A stretch of 32,000 nucleotides of DNA from Faecalibaculum rodentium (GCF_001564455.1 NZ_CP011391.1:1530001-1562000); one strand, 5' to 3'; shown: positions 7,179 to 15,846, numbered from the stretch's first letter. Made by a program: numbers and translations. Notes: generated by a model from the sequence alone, not told the origin.

Positions 7179-9047
7179 TCAGCTCTCCAGGATCTCGATG
7201 ATCCGGGGATAGTAGTCGTAGCGGCCGTCCACGAACTGCAGGGCGCTGTTGGCGATCGCCTTGGCCTTGTTCATGTCAATGTTGCGGTAGACATCCGCGA
7301 ACCGGAAGTAGATCTGGTCCTTCAGCTGGTTCTCACGCAGGATGTAGTTGTAGTTGGCATCGCCCAGGCCGTAGTCGCCGTGGCGGATGAACAGGTCGGC
7401 CACGTCCATCATGGCACGGTTGTCATAGCCCTGGTGCAGGTCTTCGAACTGGCTCAGCACGGCATAGATGAAGCCTTCGTAGTACTTGACGTCCTTATAC
7501 TGCCAGGTGGGCAGGACAGCGTAGGCGACATCCATGAACTTGTTCAGCAGTGCCATCAGGTCAGCGGGAATGGTTTCGTTCAGGACCGCGAAGGAATCGA
7601 TGCCCTTGTTCTGTCCCATGACCAGCAGACGGCGGACGAGGTCAAACAGTGTGTTGTAGACATCCGCGTTGTGCATGCCGTCGTCTGTCAGCTGCAGCTG
7701 CAGCGCGGCTTCGATCTCCTGGGCTATGGTGGCAAAATCCGCAGCCTTGACGTCCATGCCTTCGGCGGCTTTTTCCAGCACCACGGGCAGCAGCGTCAGG
7801 TCGTAGCCGTTGGCTTCGAAGTCCTGGTCCTTTTCGGCTTCCGGGTATTTGGCCAGGATGTCCGCCAGGATCTTCTGTTCGTCGGCCTCCTTCATGAGCA
7901 GTGCCTGGTAGTCGTCCAGGTTCATGTCAATGCCCATGGCCTTCGCCATGTCCACCAGGGTATACACATCAAAGGCCTGATAGGATGCCTTTTTCTCCTC
8001 ATCGGAAATCTCGGGCTTCTTTTCTTCCTTTGCGGGTTCGGCCTTCGCGGCTGCCTTTTTCTTCGGGGCGGCAGTCTTCGCAGCCGGCTTCTTTGCGGCG
8101 GTTTTTTTCGCCGGAGCCGGTTTTGCCTTTTCCTCTTCGATCTCCCTCTGGATCCGGGCGCCGTCCAGCGCTTCCTTCATGAGGGTCTTGCTGGCGGCAT
8201 TGGCCTGTGCTTCTGTTGCGGCGGCTTTGGCGTTGTCAGTGGCTTTGGCGGGTTTTTCCGTTTCGGACTGCACACTGATCTCTTCCTGGACCTTTGCACC
8301 GTCCACGGCTTCCTTCATGAGGGTGGCATCCGCAGCCTTCACCTGGGCGGCATCCGCAGCCGGTTTTCCGGCTTCGGGCGCAGCGGCCGGCTTCCCGGTT
8401 TCAGCCTGCACGTTGATTTCTTCCTGCACCTTTGCGCCATCCAGTGCCTCCACCATCAGACGGGCGTCTGCGGCTTCTTCCTGTGCCTTGTCGGCAGCGG
8501 GCTTGGCCAGGTTTTTGGATTCTTCCGGCTTTGCCTTCTCCACGTCAATGTCCTTCTGCACGATGGCGCCATCCAGCGCTTCCTGCATCAGGATCTTCCG
8601 GTCCCCGGCCTGCTGTTCGGGAGAAACCGGCGGCTTTGCGGTCTTCGCGGCAGTCTTTTTCGCGGCTGTCTTCGCAGCGGGTTTCTTCGCGGCGGTCTTT
8701 TTCACAGCGGCCTTTGCAGCTGTTGTGCCCTTTGCCGCAGCAGCAGTGTCAGCTGTGAGCGTTCCTGCTGTTTCTGCAGCAGCTGCAGCCTTCGCGGAAG
8801 TTTCGGTTCCGTTCTTTCTGCCTTTTGTTCCAGCTGCCTTTGTGCCAGTTTTACGACCAGCCTTTTCAGCACCTGCACCAGGTTTCTTTGCAGCTGCACT
8901 TTCGCCAGCTCCAGCAGCTTTTGTTCCAGCTGCGACCGTTTTCGCCTTTGTGGCGGTTGCTGTTTCCTTCTTCGTTTCATCTTTCTTTGCTTCTATGTTT
9001 GCGGCTGCCGCAGTCTTTGCGGCGGCTTTCGTTTTCTTGACTGCCAT
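7179..9047 (-). CDS. 622-aa protein of unknown function: Lys/Ala/Thr-rich N-terminal tail, four tandem repeats, unrecognised alpha-helical C-terminal domain
   Basis: The ORF has AGGAGG 7 nt before ATG 9047. Residues 1-148 and 307-345 are KTAAKKPAAK-type low complexity. Residues ~150-306 are repeats of LMxEAxDGAxVQxEIxVQ. Residues ~352-622 are well-formed globular sequence. There is no signal peptide. Confidence 0.85.
   Translation of the reverse strand: MAVKKTKAAAKTAAAANIEAKKDETKKETATATKAKTVAAGTKAAGAGESAAAKKPGAGAEKAGRKTGTKAAGTKGRKNGTETSAKAAAAAETAGTLTADTAAAAKGTTAAKAAVKKTAAKKPAAKTAAKKTAAKTAKPPVSPEQQAGDRKILMQEALDGAIVQKDIDVEKAKPEESKNLAKPAADKAQEEAADARLMVEALDGAKVQEEINVQAETGKPAAAPEAGKPAADAAQVKAADATLMKEAVDGAKVQEEISVQSETEKPAKATDNAKAAATEAQANAASKTLMKEALDGARIQREIEEEKAKPAPAKKTAAKKPAAKTAAPKKKAAAKAEPAKEEKKPEISDEEKKASYQAFDVYTLVDMAKAMGIDMNLDDYQALLMKEADEQKILADILAKYPEAEKDQDFEANGYDLTLLPVVLEKAAEGMDVKAADFATIAQEIEAALQLQLTDDGMHNADVYNTLFDLVRRLLVMGQNKGIDSFAVLNETIPADLMALLNKFMDVAYAVLPTWQYKDVKYYEGFIYAVLSQFEDLHQGYDNRAMMDVADLFIRHGDYGLGDANYNYILRENQLKDQIYFRFADVYRNIDMNKAKAIANSALQFVDGRYDYYPRIIEILES
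8130..8600 (-). repeat. four in-frame tandem repeats (about 132-138 bp each) inside the 622-aa gene
   Basis: The repeat cores recur on the plus strand at about 8161, 8301, 8440 and 8570 (CCGTCCAGCGCTTCCTTCATGAGGG and variants). LM starts fall at residues 153, 197, 243 and 289. Confidence 0.75.
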
Positions 9048-9072
9048 TCAATGACCTCCTGTAATCTATTCA

Positions 9073-9101
9073 AGTATATAATACATCGTCTCCTTTGCCA
9101 A
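9073..9101 (-). promoter_or_regulatory. candidate sigma-A promoter of the 622-aa gene (TTGGCA-17-TATACT)
   Basis: Minus strand TTGGCA (9101-9096), 17-nt spacer, TATACT (9078-9073), about 25 nt upstream of the start codon. Confidence 0.5.
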
Positions 9102-9347
9102 AATGGCTCAAACAACTGAAATGCCCGCTGAAATACACATCCGTTACCGGTGTCACTTTTACGACGGCATCCCCTCTCCATGTTCCCGGTCTGCAGGGCA
9201 TCACGGGACTCTCTGCGCGCCGGTGCCTGATTCCAGGACCTCCGGTTTCCGGCCCTGATTTGCCTGTCATCCGGTCTGTTTTCAGACTTTTTTCAGCTTC
9301 GTGCATTAAAATAAGTCCGTATACAGCAACAAAGAAAGGAACTTCGT

Positions 9348-10448
9348 ATGAATCAGTACAATCAGCCTCCCCGGTTCCGGCAGAAATCCTCCGCCGGAAA
9401 GTGGATCCTCGGCCTTCTGTGTGCGGCCCTGCTGGGTGGTGCAGCCGGCTACGGCGGCAGCCTTCTGGCCATGAAAACAACCGAACCGTCCAAAAGCCAG
9501 TCCGGCGTGAACATCACCCAGGGTTCTTCCCCTGCCACCGGCCGCGTGGAAGCCGTGGATGTCTCGGATGTCGTGAACGCTGTCCGGCCGACGGTGGTGG
9601 AAATCACCACGGAATCCGTCACCAGCGGCAATTCCCTGTTCGGGCAGTATGTCTCCCAGGGCGCCGGCTCGGGTGTCATCATGTCCAGCGACGGCTACAT
9701 CATCACCAACAACCATGTCGTCGAAGGCGCCCGGTCCATTGCGGTGCGCACGGCCGACGGCACGGAATACGATGCAAAGCTGGTGGGGACCGATCCCTCG
9801 ACGGACCTTGCGGTCATCAAGGTGGATGCACAGGATCTCCAGCCGGCGACCTTCGGCAACTCCAATGACCTGAAAGTCGGGTCGGCGGCGATCGCCATCG
9901 GCAACCCGCTGGGATCCCTTGGCGGTACGGTCACCACCGGGATCATTTCCGCTCTGGACCGGGAGATCGTGATCGACAACGAAACCATGGTGCTGCTCCA
10001 GACCGATGCGGCGATCAACCCGGGCAACTCCGGCGGCGGCCTGTTCGATGCTTCGGGCAACCTGATCGGTATCGTGAATGCGAAGCAGTCGGCTTCGGGT
10101 ATCGAGGGACTGGGCTTTGCGATCCCCATCAGCGATGCGGTGGATGTGCTGCAGGAGCTGATCGAAAACGGCGCCGTGACCTCCAGGCCGCTGCTGGGTG
10201 TCTCGCTGCAGGAGATGAACGACGGGATTTACATCATGCAGGTGTCCGAAGGCGGATCCGCGGCGGAGGCCGGCCTGCAGACAGGGGACAAGATCCTGTC
10301 CTTTGACGGGCACGAAGTGGACAGCGTGGCACACCTCAAGCAGCAGCTGCGAAAGCACAGGATCGGCGATGTGGTGAGCATGGAAGTCGAGCGTGACGGC
10401 CGTACGAAAACGGTGGATGTGACGATGAAGGGACAGGACCAGCGGTAA
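9348..10448 (+). CDS. htrA: HtrA/DegP-family trypsin-like serine protease with PDZ domain, N-terminal membrane anchor
   Basis: The catalytic triad contexts are TNNHVV, TDLAVIKV and GNSGGGLF. A C-terminal PDZ-like region is present (GIYIMQVSEGGSAAEAGLQTGDKILSFDG). The TM segment is WILGLLCAALLGGAAGYGG. Confidence 0.92.
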   Translation: MNQYNQPPRFRQKSSAGKWILGLLCAALLGGAAGYGGSLLAMKTTEPSKSQSGVNITQGSSPATGRVEAVDVSDVVNAVRPTVVEITTESVTSGNSLFGQYVSQGAGSGVIMSSDGYIITNNHVVEGARSIAVRTADGTEYDAKLVGTDPSTDLAVIKVDAQDLQPATFGNSNDLKVGSAAIAIGNPLGSLGGTVTTGIISALDREIVIDNETMVLLQTDAAINPGNSGGGLFDASGNLIGIVNAKQSASGIEGLGFAIPISDAVDVLQELIENGAVTSRPLLGVSLQEMNDGIYIMQVSEGGSAAEAGLQTGDKILSFDGHEVDSVAHLKQQLRKHRIGDVVSMEVERDGRTKTVDVTMKGQDQR

Positions 10449-10499
10449 GGCTGCGGACAGTCTGTAAGTGCTTTCAATCAAGGGTAATTCCAGTATTTA

Positions 10500-10521
10500 G
10501 CGCGTCTGCGGACGTGCTTTT
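10500..10521 (+). terminator. short intrinsic terminator after htrA
   Basis: GCGCGTC pairs with GACGTGC (7-bp stem, one G.U pair) around a TGCG loop, followed by TTTTCATTT. Confidence 0.45.
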
Positions 10522-10579
10522 CATTTCGATTTTTCATCACTCGTTTTATAATCGAAGATAACAGGAGGAAAACAGTTAT

Positions 10580-11545
10580 ATGGAAAAAATTGCCAAGCGT
10601 AAAATCATGCTCATCGGCACCGGCATGGTGGGCATGAGTTTCGCCTATACGATGCTCAACGAACGGGGCATTGACGAACTGGTGCTGGTGGATGTAAACA
10701 CCGACAAGGCACGGGGCGAAGCCATGGACCTGAACGACGGTCTGGTCTATGCGGCGTCCAAGATGAAGATCAAGGCCGGCAGCTATGAGGATGCAGCGGA
10801 TACGGACATCTGCGTACTGACAGCCGGCGCAGCGCAGAAACCGGGTCAGTCCCGTCTGGAGCTGGTAAAGATCAACGCCAGGATCACGAAAGGCGTCTGC
10901 GAGGAGCTGAAGAAGAACAACTTCCGCGGTATCCTGATCGTGGCCAACAACCCGGCGGACATCATGACGTATGTGGCTTACAAGACGCTGGGTCTTCCCT
11001 CGAACCAGATCATCGGCTCCGGCACGGTGCTGGATACCGCCCGGCTGCGCCACGCCCTGTCAGAGTTCCTTGGCTTTGCGGATTCCAACATCCATGCCTA
11101 TATCATGGGCGAGCACGGTGACTCCAGCTTCGTTCCCTGGATCCACAGCTACATCGGCTGCAAGTCCCTGCTGGAGTACCTGGATGAAAACGACATCTCC
11201 CTCATGGAGCTGCAGAACATCTATATCGATGTCCGCGACAAAGCCTACAAGATCATCGACCTGAAGCGTGCGACGTACTACGGCATCGGCTATGCCCTGA
11301 AGCGCATCGTGGATGCGGTCCTGAACAACGAGCACTGCATCCTGCCGGTATCGAGCTACCAGAACGGCGAATATGACCGGACGGGCCTGTTCATCGGCAC
11401 GCCGACGGTTATCGGCTCCAGGGGTGTGGAACGCGTCATGTCCCTGCCGCTGAACGAAAACGACCAGGCACGCTTCAACAAGTCCTTCGACACGCTGGAA
11501 GCCACCATCCGGGAAAACCTGGGCGACATCATCGATCTGGACTGA
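10580..11545 (+). CDS. ldh: L-lactate dehydrogenase
   Basis: Motifs are GTGMVGMSFAY (NAD fold), VLTAGAAQKPGQSRLEL, GSGTVLDTARLR and GEHGDS. AGGAGG precedes the ATG. Confidence 0.93.
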   Translation: MEKIAKRKIMLIGTGMVGMSFAYTMLNERGIDELVLVDVNTDKARGEAMDLNDGLVYAASKMKIKAGSYEDAADTDICVLTAGAAQKPGQSRLELVKINARITKGVCEELKKNNFRGILIVANNPADIMTYVAYKTLGLPSNQIIGSGTVLDTARLRHALSEFLGFADSNIHAYIMGEHGDSSFVPWIHSYIGCKSLLEYLDENDISLMELQNIYIDVRDKAYKIIDLKRATYYGIGYALKRIVDAVLNNEHCILPVSSYQNGEYDRTGLFIGTPTVIGSRGVERVMSLPLNENDQARFNKSFDTLEATIRENLGDIIDLD

Positions 11546-11565
11546 TTCCCCCGTCCCGCACAAGT

Positions 11566-11593
11566 CCGCAGTCATGTGACTGCGGGCTTTTTT
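11566..11593 (+). terminator. intrinsic terminator after ldh
   Basis: CCGCAGTCA pairs with TGACTGCGG (perfect 9-bp stem), followed by GCTTTTTT. Confidence 0.75.
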
Positions 11594-11724
11594 CGTCCGG
11601 CATCCCCCGCCGAAAGACTGCAGCCAGATCCTGGTGATGTGCTGCTGTATCTGTCTGGGAGACGAATTGTCGAGTTAAACTCCAGTTATGTATTTAGTGT
11701 TTGTTTACCTGAGAGTTTCTGCCC

Positions 11725-12930
11725 ATGTCGGCGGCGGACAAGCGGCGGACCGTCAATTCCCTGCTGGTGAACAACGCCATGTACATCATCATCGCGCTGG
11801 TGGTGATCTTCATCGCGATCCGCATGCCGGCCTACCGTTCGGTGAACTCGATCGTCAACATCGTCAACCTGACCGCGGCGAAGCTGCCCATAGCCCTGGG
11901 CATCGCCGGATGCATCGTCCTGACCGGAACCGATATTTCCGCAGGCCGCATGGTCGGACTGGCGGCGGTCATCGTGGCCAGTATGTCCATCACCGCCAAC
12001 AAGATCTTCCCGGGTCTGGAGCCTCTGCCGATCATCATCCCGCTGCTGGCGGCAATCGCTGCCCGTGCAATGATCGGATTCATCAACGGGTTCTCCGTGG
12101 CGAAATTCGACCTGCATCCCTTCATCATGACGCTGGCCACCCAGCTGATCACGTACGGCATCATCCTGATCTACCTGAAGATGGGCACGAACAACGGACA
12201 GACCCTGTCGGGCTTCGATCCGCAGTACCGCGACCTGGTGACTGGAACGCTGTTCACAATTGCCGGTGTCCGCGTACCGATGTACGTGCTGTACTCCCTG
12301 ATCCTGGTGGGGCTGATGTGGGTAGTCTGGAACAAGACCACCTTCGGCAAGAACATGTTCGCAGTGGGTTCCAACAAGGAAGCCGCCGAGGTCTCCGGTA
12401 TCAATGTGCACCGCACGATCATCCTGGTGTTCGTTCTTGCGGCTGTGATGTATGCCCTGACGGGATTCATCGACGGTGCGCGTGTGGCATCTGTCAACGC
12501 CAATACCGGCCTGAACTACGAGTGTGATGCGATTGCGGCGTGCGTCATCGGCGGTGTATCCTTTGTCGGTGGTATCGGCCGGATTTCCGTGAAGACACTC
12601 GACAAACTGATTATGGGCGGGATCCTGGTGATTGCGCTTCTGATCATTGTCGGGGTATCCCGGGGCGACGGCTACCGCGTGACGTACGACTCCAGGGGCG
12701 GGAGCGATGTTGCCTGCCAGACGTATCTCTATGACGAGCCACTGGAGACGGAGGTGCCGCAGCGCGAAGGGTATCGCTTCGAGGGCTGGTACTTCGATGA
12801 AGGCTACGGCCGGCAGGCGTTCGACGGCATGAATGTGCAGTCGGATCTCACGCTGTATGCGAAGTGGGTACCCGCTGCGGATGATGACGCTGGTGCCAAT
12901 GATGGCACAGGGGCCTGCGACCAGGAGTGA
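11725..12930 (+). CDS. chimeric ORF: C-terminally truncated MglC/RbsC-family ABC sugar permease (aa 1-288) fused in frame to a TM anchor plus one Listeria-Bacteroides (Flg_new) repeat (aa 289-401)
   Basis: The ORF is collinear with E. coli MglC as I recall it (GTDISAGRMVGLAAV, WNKTTFGKNMFAVGSNKEAAEVSGINV, ECDAIAACVIGGVSFVGGIGRIS). Similarity stops at nt ~12589. The remainder is KTLDKLIMGGILVIALLIIVGV followed by YRVTYDSRGGS...REGYRFEGWYFDEG...LTLYAKW. Confidence 0.75.
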   Translation: MSAADKRRTVNSLLVNNAMYIIIALVVIFIAIRMPAYRSVNSIVNIVNLTAAKLPIALGIAGCIVLTGTDISAGRMVGLAAVIVASMSITANKIFPGLEPLPIIIPLLAAIAARAMIGFINGFSVAKFDLHPFIMTLATQLITYGIILIYLKMGTNNGQTLSGFDPQYRDLVTGTLFTIAGVRVPMYVLYSLILVGLMWVVWNKTTFGKNMFAVGSNKEAAEVSGINVHRTIILVFVLAAVMYALTGFIDGARVASVNANTGLNYECDAIAACVIGGVSFVGGIGRISVKTLDKLIMGGILVIALLIIVGVSRGDGYRVTYDSRGGSDVACQTYLYDEPLETEVPQREGYRFEGWYFDEGYGRQAFDGMNVQSDLTLYAKWVPAADDDAGANDGTGACDQE

Positions 12931-12976
12931 CGCAGGGCCTGAACTGTAGAAGACGCGGGTACGTCATGAGAAACTG

Positions 12977-13042
12977 AAAAACCGGATCGCCGCATCCTGT
13001 CCTGTTTCTGCACAGGATATCGGATGCCTGATCCGGTTTTTT
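12977..13042. terminator. bidirectional terminator between convergent genes
   Basis: AAAAACCGGATC...GATCCGGTTTTTT forms the outer stem and ATCCTGT/ACAGGAT an inner stem. An A run lies on the left and a T run on the right. Confidence 0.65.
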
Positions 13043-13114
13043 CTTCTGTCAGTCTTTCTGCACTCACTGCATGCGGCCTGCGTTTCATCGCTTTGGGACT
13101 TTGTCTCGGATGAA

Positions 13115-13894
13115 TCAGAGTTCCTCGTCTGTTTTCTGCGGTTTGGGCGGCTGCACTTCGCCGATGGTCTTCAGTTCGTTTTCCAGGTCTTCCAGCAGCA
13201 CGACGCGCTCAAACAGCGTCACGCACGGCCGGTTGTTTTTCGTGTGGATCCAGTCCCCGTGGTAGTGTCCCGTGAACCACGTGCGGTAGTCCAGACGGTC
13301 CACGATATCATCCAGGTATTTCTGGATGTCCTGTCTGGATGCATCGTAATGGTCCATGGACTTTTCGTATTTGCCTGCCATGGGATGGGATTCATAGACA
13401 TCATGGGTCAGGACATAGTCGACCTTCCAGTTGCATGCGTTGAGGTTTCTGTACCCGTTTTCGCATTCTTCCTTTGTCGGCAGTTCGTCCTGCCACCAGT
13501 TCAGGTGCTCCGTCCGGTACTGGACATCATGGCTGAAGGCACCGCCGAAGGTGAAAAACGACCGTCCGCCGATGTCATAGACTTCCCCCCGCAGCAGGTG
13601 AAAGATGTTGCTGCGGATCTGTCTCGCCTTCCCGCCCTTGTAGTCCACAATGGGGTACGTGTTGAGCACATCGAAGTTTTCGTGGTTTCCGTCAATGAAC
13701 AGCGTGTTCCAGGGCAGTGATTCCAGCCAGTTCAGCCAGAACCGGTCACCCGATCCTCCATCCCAGATGCAGCCGAAATCCCCGCATATGATGACATAGT
13801 CATCCGGTGTCAGGTGGTTTCCCGCTTCAAATTCCCTGGGATTGATTTTGTGAATGTCCTGTTCGCGGTGAATGTCACCTGTTATATAAATCAT
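13115..13894 (-). CDS. metallophosphoesterase (calcineurin-like)
   Basis: Motifs in the canonical order: ITGDIH, ICGDFG, DGNHENF, and later GHYH. GGAGGGG precedes the ATG. Confidence 0.85.
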   Translation of the reverse strand: MIYITGDIHREQDIHKINPREFEAGNHLTPDDYVIICGDFGCIWDGGSGDRFWLNWLESLPWNTLFIDGNHENFDVLNTYPIVDYKGGKARQIRSNIFHLLRGEVYDIGGRSFFTFGGAFSHDVQYRTEHLNWWQDELPTKEECENGYRNLNACNWKVDYVLTHDVYESHPMAGKYEKSMDHYDASRQDIQKYLDDIVDRLDYRTWFTGHYHGDWIHTKNNRPCVTLFERVVLLEDLENELKTIGEVQPPKPQKTDEEL

Positions 13895-13940
13895 TTCAGC
13901 CCCTCCGAATTTTTATTGTAACAGACTTGAAACGCGACAA

Positions 13941-13967
13941 AACAAAAACCGGGGGTGAAACCGGTTT
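13941..13967 (-). terminator. weak terminator after the ROK kinase gene
   Basis: AAACCGG pairs with CCGGTTT (7-bp stem, 8-nt loop). On the minus strand it is followed by TTGTTTTG. Confidence 0.45.
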
Positions 13968-14008
13968 CAGGTTTTGATGATGGACAGACTGTCAGATGGT
14001 GTCCGGAT

Positions 14009-14926
14009 TCAGGCCGCTTCCTTGTCCTTTGCGTGCTCGAAGGCCAGGCAGGCTGCGCCCAGCAGGCCGCTGTCTTCGTTCAGTGTCGAGGGGCGGACTT
14101 TCACGTAGGGCTTGAGCTCCGTCAGGACTTTTTCCTTCACGCGGTCTTCCACTTCCTGGACAAATCCGGGGATCTTCAGGGCCACGCTGCCGCCCAGGAT
14201 CACGATTTCCGGGTCGGTGATGGCAATCAGGATCGCAATGAAGTTTGCCAGGTATTCCTTGGCATCGTCCATGATTTCCATGGCCGCTTCGTGGCCCTGT
14301 TTGGCCATGTCATTGACTTCCCCTGCATGCTGGACTTCCAGGCCGGCTTTCTTTGCCCGCTCCGTGATGGCAGTGCCAGAGCAGATGGCTTCCACGCCGC
14401 CTGGGTAGATCTTGCCGTGCTGCGGACCGTTTCTCCACAGAGGAGCATAGGCAACCTCATGGCCGTAGCCGTGGGCACCCTGATAGATCTTGTGGTTGAT
14501 GACCTGTCCGGATCCCAGGCCGGTGGAGATCGTCAGGAACTGCACATAGTTGTAGTCGCGTCCCTCGCCGACCACGGCTTCCGCCAGGGCAGCCAGGTTC
14601 GCATCGTTTTCCAGGTATGTGGGAATGCCCGTCACTTTTTCGATTTCACCGGCAATCGGGAAATCCTGCCAGGAATCGTGTAGATTCGGGGTGTTGAGCA
14701 CCTTGCCGTTGATCAGGTCCAGGGGACCCGGGCAGGATACGCCCATGCCCACCAGTTCCTTGTCGCCGGCCATGTCCTTGAGCGCCTCCGAGAGACGGAC
14801 AATGGTCGGGATTGGATCATGGGCATCTGTGCGGAACTGTGTCCGTTCCACGATGTTCATGTTTTCGTCCACCAGCGCAATGCGGCTGTTAGTGCCTCCA
14901 ATGTCCACGCCAACTGCGTATTTCAT
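14009..14926 (-). CDS. ROK-family sugar kinase (glucokinase-like)
   Basis: Motifs are GVDIGGTNSRIALV, ENDANLAALAE and ISTGLGSG, plus a His-rich GAHGYGHE segment. Confidence 0.9.
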   Translation of the reverse strand: MKYAVGVDIGGTNSRIALVDENMNIVERTQFRTDAHDPIPTIVRLSEALKDMAGDKELVGMGVSCPGPLDLINGKVLNTPNLHDSWQDFPIAGEIEKVTGIPTYLENDANLAALAEAVVGEGRDYNYVQFLTISTGLGSGQVINHKIYQGAHGYGHEVAYAPLWRNGPQHGKIYPGGVEAICSGTAITERAKKAGLEVQHAGEVNDMAKQGHEAAMEIMDDAKEYLANFIAILIAITDPEIVILGGSVALKIPGFVQEVEDRVKEKVLTELKPYVKVRPSTLNEDSGLLGAACLAFEHAKDKEAA

Positions 14927-14981
14927 GCGTATGTATCCTCGCTTCCTATTGCTGGGTTCATTATACCAAATCAGTGGTTTT

Positions 14982-15728
14982 CTATCGCACCGCGGTAAAG
15001 AAGATGCGGTGAATTTTCACCAGAATGTGACCGTTCTCATCCATCTGATACGCTTCACCGACCCGCTCCTTCAGTTCCTGAGCCAGTGCCTGCACCTTCT
15101 CTTCCTCCAGGTCTGCCTGCACAGGCTCCAGTCTTGTGCTCACAAGCCAGTCCATGAGAAGGTTCGGGTCGAATTCACTGTAGTAGTAATCCGTTTCCCA
15201 GTAGTCAAAGGACGAGGAACAGCCTTTCAGAATGCGATGGTAGTCGGCAGCGTTCAGGGCATTCCAGCGGCTGTGATCCGGGAAATACCTGGCGATGAGT
15301 TCCTCCATGATGTCAAACAGCGGTTCCCCTCTGGTATCGGGAAAGCCGACAGCCAGCACACCGTCATCCCTCAGATGGTGCATGAGTCCGGGAATGGCCT
15401 TTTCATGATCCGGTATCCACTGGAGGGCGGCATTGGAGAACACCAGGTCATACTGGCCCTGGAGCTCCATCATGTCCAGTGTCAGAAACTGACACTCCGG
15501 ATGCCGCTGCCTGGCCAGGCGGGTCATTTCCGGATTCCGGTCGATGCCCGTGACTCTGGCTTCATGAAAGATATCGTTGAGGGCCCGGGTGCTCTGCCCG
15601 TATCCGCAGCCAAGGTCCACAGCCGTGCGGACCAGGATATCCACCCGCTTGGCCAGGTCCTCTGCAGGCTGACTCGACTCCTGTGCAAACTGACGGTATT
15701 TATATACATTCCAGTTCATCTCATCCAT
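14982..15728 (-). CDS. tam: class I SAM-dependent methyltransferase, trans-aconitate 2-methyltransferase (Tam)-like
   Basis: Collinear with E. coli Tam as I recall it: WN..Y..F...S.PA.DL, VDLGCGYGQST, ITGIDRNPEM, FSNAALQWIPDHE, DGVLAVGFPD. An alternative start lies at ATG 15719. Confidence 0.8.
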   Translation of the reverse strand: MDEMNWNVYKYRQFAQESSQPAEDLAKRVDILVRTAVDLGCGYGQSTRALNDIFHEARVTGIDRNPEMTRLARQRHPECQFLTLDMMELQGQYDLVFSNAALQWIPDHEKAIPGLMHHLRDDGVLAVGFPDTRGEPLFDIMEELIARYFPDHSRWNALNAADYHRILKGCSSSFDYWETDYYYSEFDPNLLMDWLVSTRLEPVQADLEEEKVQALAQELKERVGEAYQMDENGHILVKIHRIFFTAVR

Positions 15729-15846
15729 CCCTTCCTTCCCTGCCTGATGCTCTCTGTGTGCTGCATCCGGCCGGTTACAGTCCTATCATCCCCCTGTACT
15801 TTACCGCCGTCAAAGGTTACCGGAGTTAACCGGCACATACTTTGAG

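Noticed and set aside
8013-9047. Periodic short repeats in the Lys/Ala-coding DNA could be mistaken for a CRISPR-like or minisatellite array.
   Set aside because: The units are 12-15 nt, imperfect, contiguous without unique spacers, and entirely inside a well-supported ORF in frame. This is coding low complexity, not an array.
6738-9119. A 793-aa plus-strand ORF, with nested ORFs 8179..9054 and 7901..8182, opposite the 622-aa gene.
   Set aside because: It is the mirror image of Lys/Ala/Glu codons, giving Phe/Cys/Leu/Gly/Ser strings such as FFAAVFAAGFF. It has no RBS and no domain-like segment. The minus-strand gene has a strong RBS, a promoter, a terminator and a globular C-terminal domain.
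9273-9293. A small hairpin plus T6 (GGTCTG-TTTT-CAGACT-TTTTT) lies 55 nt upstream of htrA and could be a leader attenuator or the end of a small RNA.
   Set aside because: The stem is only 5-6 bp and AT/GU-containing. I found no convincing plus-strand promoter upstream (a TATAAT at 9077 lacks any -35), and nothing suggests an alternative antiterminator structure.
9306-10481. A 391-aa minus-strand ORF antisense to htrA.
   Set aside because: htrA on the plus strand has the full His-Asp-Ser triad and a PDZ domain. The antisense ORF is a featureless His/Arg/Asp/Gly-rich shadow.
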